From Takakia lepidozioides (lineage: Eukaryota > Plantae > Bryophyta), in the NCBI GenBank assembly GCA_030704615.1, contig JAKLZA010000313.1, positions 1 to 7,950 of the forward strand: a stretch of DNA of 7,950 bases, read 5' to 3'. The notes under the pieces are model-generated. The model saw only the letters and a program-made list of their open reading frames with translations, was not told the DNA's origin and did no database searches. The translations under genes were made by a program, and so were the position numbers. Numbering within the stretch: the first letter of the stretch is position 1; each line of letters begins with the position of its first letter. Shown here piece by piece: positions 7,890 through 7,950 of the stretch.

Positions 7890-7950
7890 CACAGCCTATC
7901 ATAGCCCGCAAAACGGCGTAACAATCCTATCACAGCTTACCACAGTGCAA

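Larger units (their letters stand above)
527..7891 (+). mobile_element. Ty3/Gypsy LTR retrotransposon, plant non-chromovirus type (Athila/Tat/Phygy/Selgy-related); right boundary uncertain, 3' LTR not seen in window
   Basis: Domain order gag-PR-RT-RH-INT. RT N-terminus 'DVFAWSYEDLKGIPPEVCQHKI', 'MDGFSGYNQ' and 'VFLDDFSVYS'; protease 'LIDGGSGVNI'. LTR-like segment plus PBS upstream. No chromodomain after the integrase. Confidence 0.95.

Noticed and set aside
1068-7933. Minus-strand ORFs (e.g. 1905..2267, 2777..3463, 3753..4040, 5455..5817, 7640..7933)
   Set aside because: They are antisense shadows of the A/G-rich coding strand, Ser/Phe/Leu-rich, with no independent motifs.

Overview
The window holds one plant-type, non-chromovirus Ty3/Gypsy LTR retrotransposon on the + strand. 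It starts with a candidate 5' LTR (527-1145, TGTCACG...CGCGACA) followed by a tRNA-Arg-type PBS (1148-1165). The coding region appears to be one ~2,290-codon polyprotein (~1038-7889): unknown N-terminal domain, acidic/Gly-Ser linker, Gag capsid, three CCHC knuckles, protease, RT, RNase H and integrase with a GPY/F tail. There is no chromodomain and no extra (archaeal-type) RNase H. The many short ORFs in the track can be joined by about 19 frameshifts, nearly all readable as 1-2 nt losses in homopolymer or dinucleotide runs, with no in-frame stops. This suggests sequencing or assembly indels in a possibly intact element. The element abuts a degenerate CACAGC(C) tandem repeat (280-526). Similar motifs and LTR-end-like heptamers recur right after the integrase, where no polypurine tract or copy of the 5' LTR is visible. 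The most novel-looking parts are the ~500 aa extension upstream of Gag, which contains an F-box-like motif, and the odd right-hand boundary. All calls are by eye; no searches were run.
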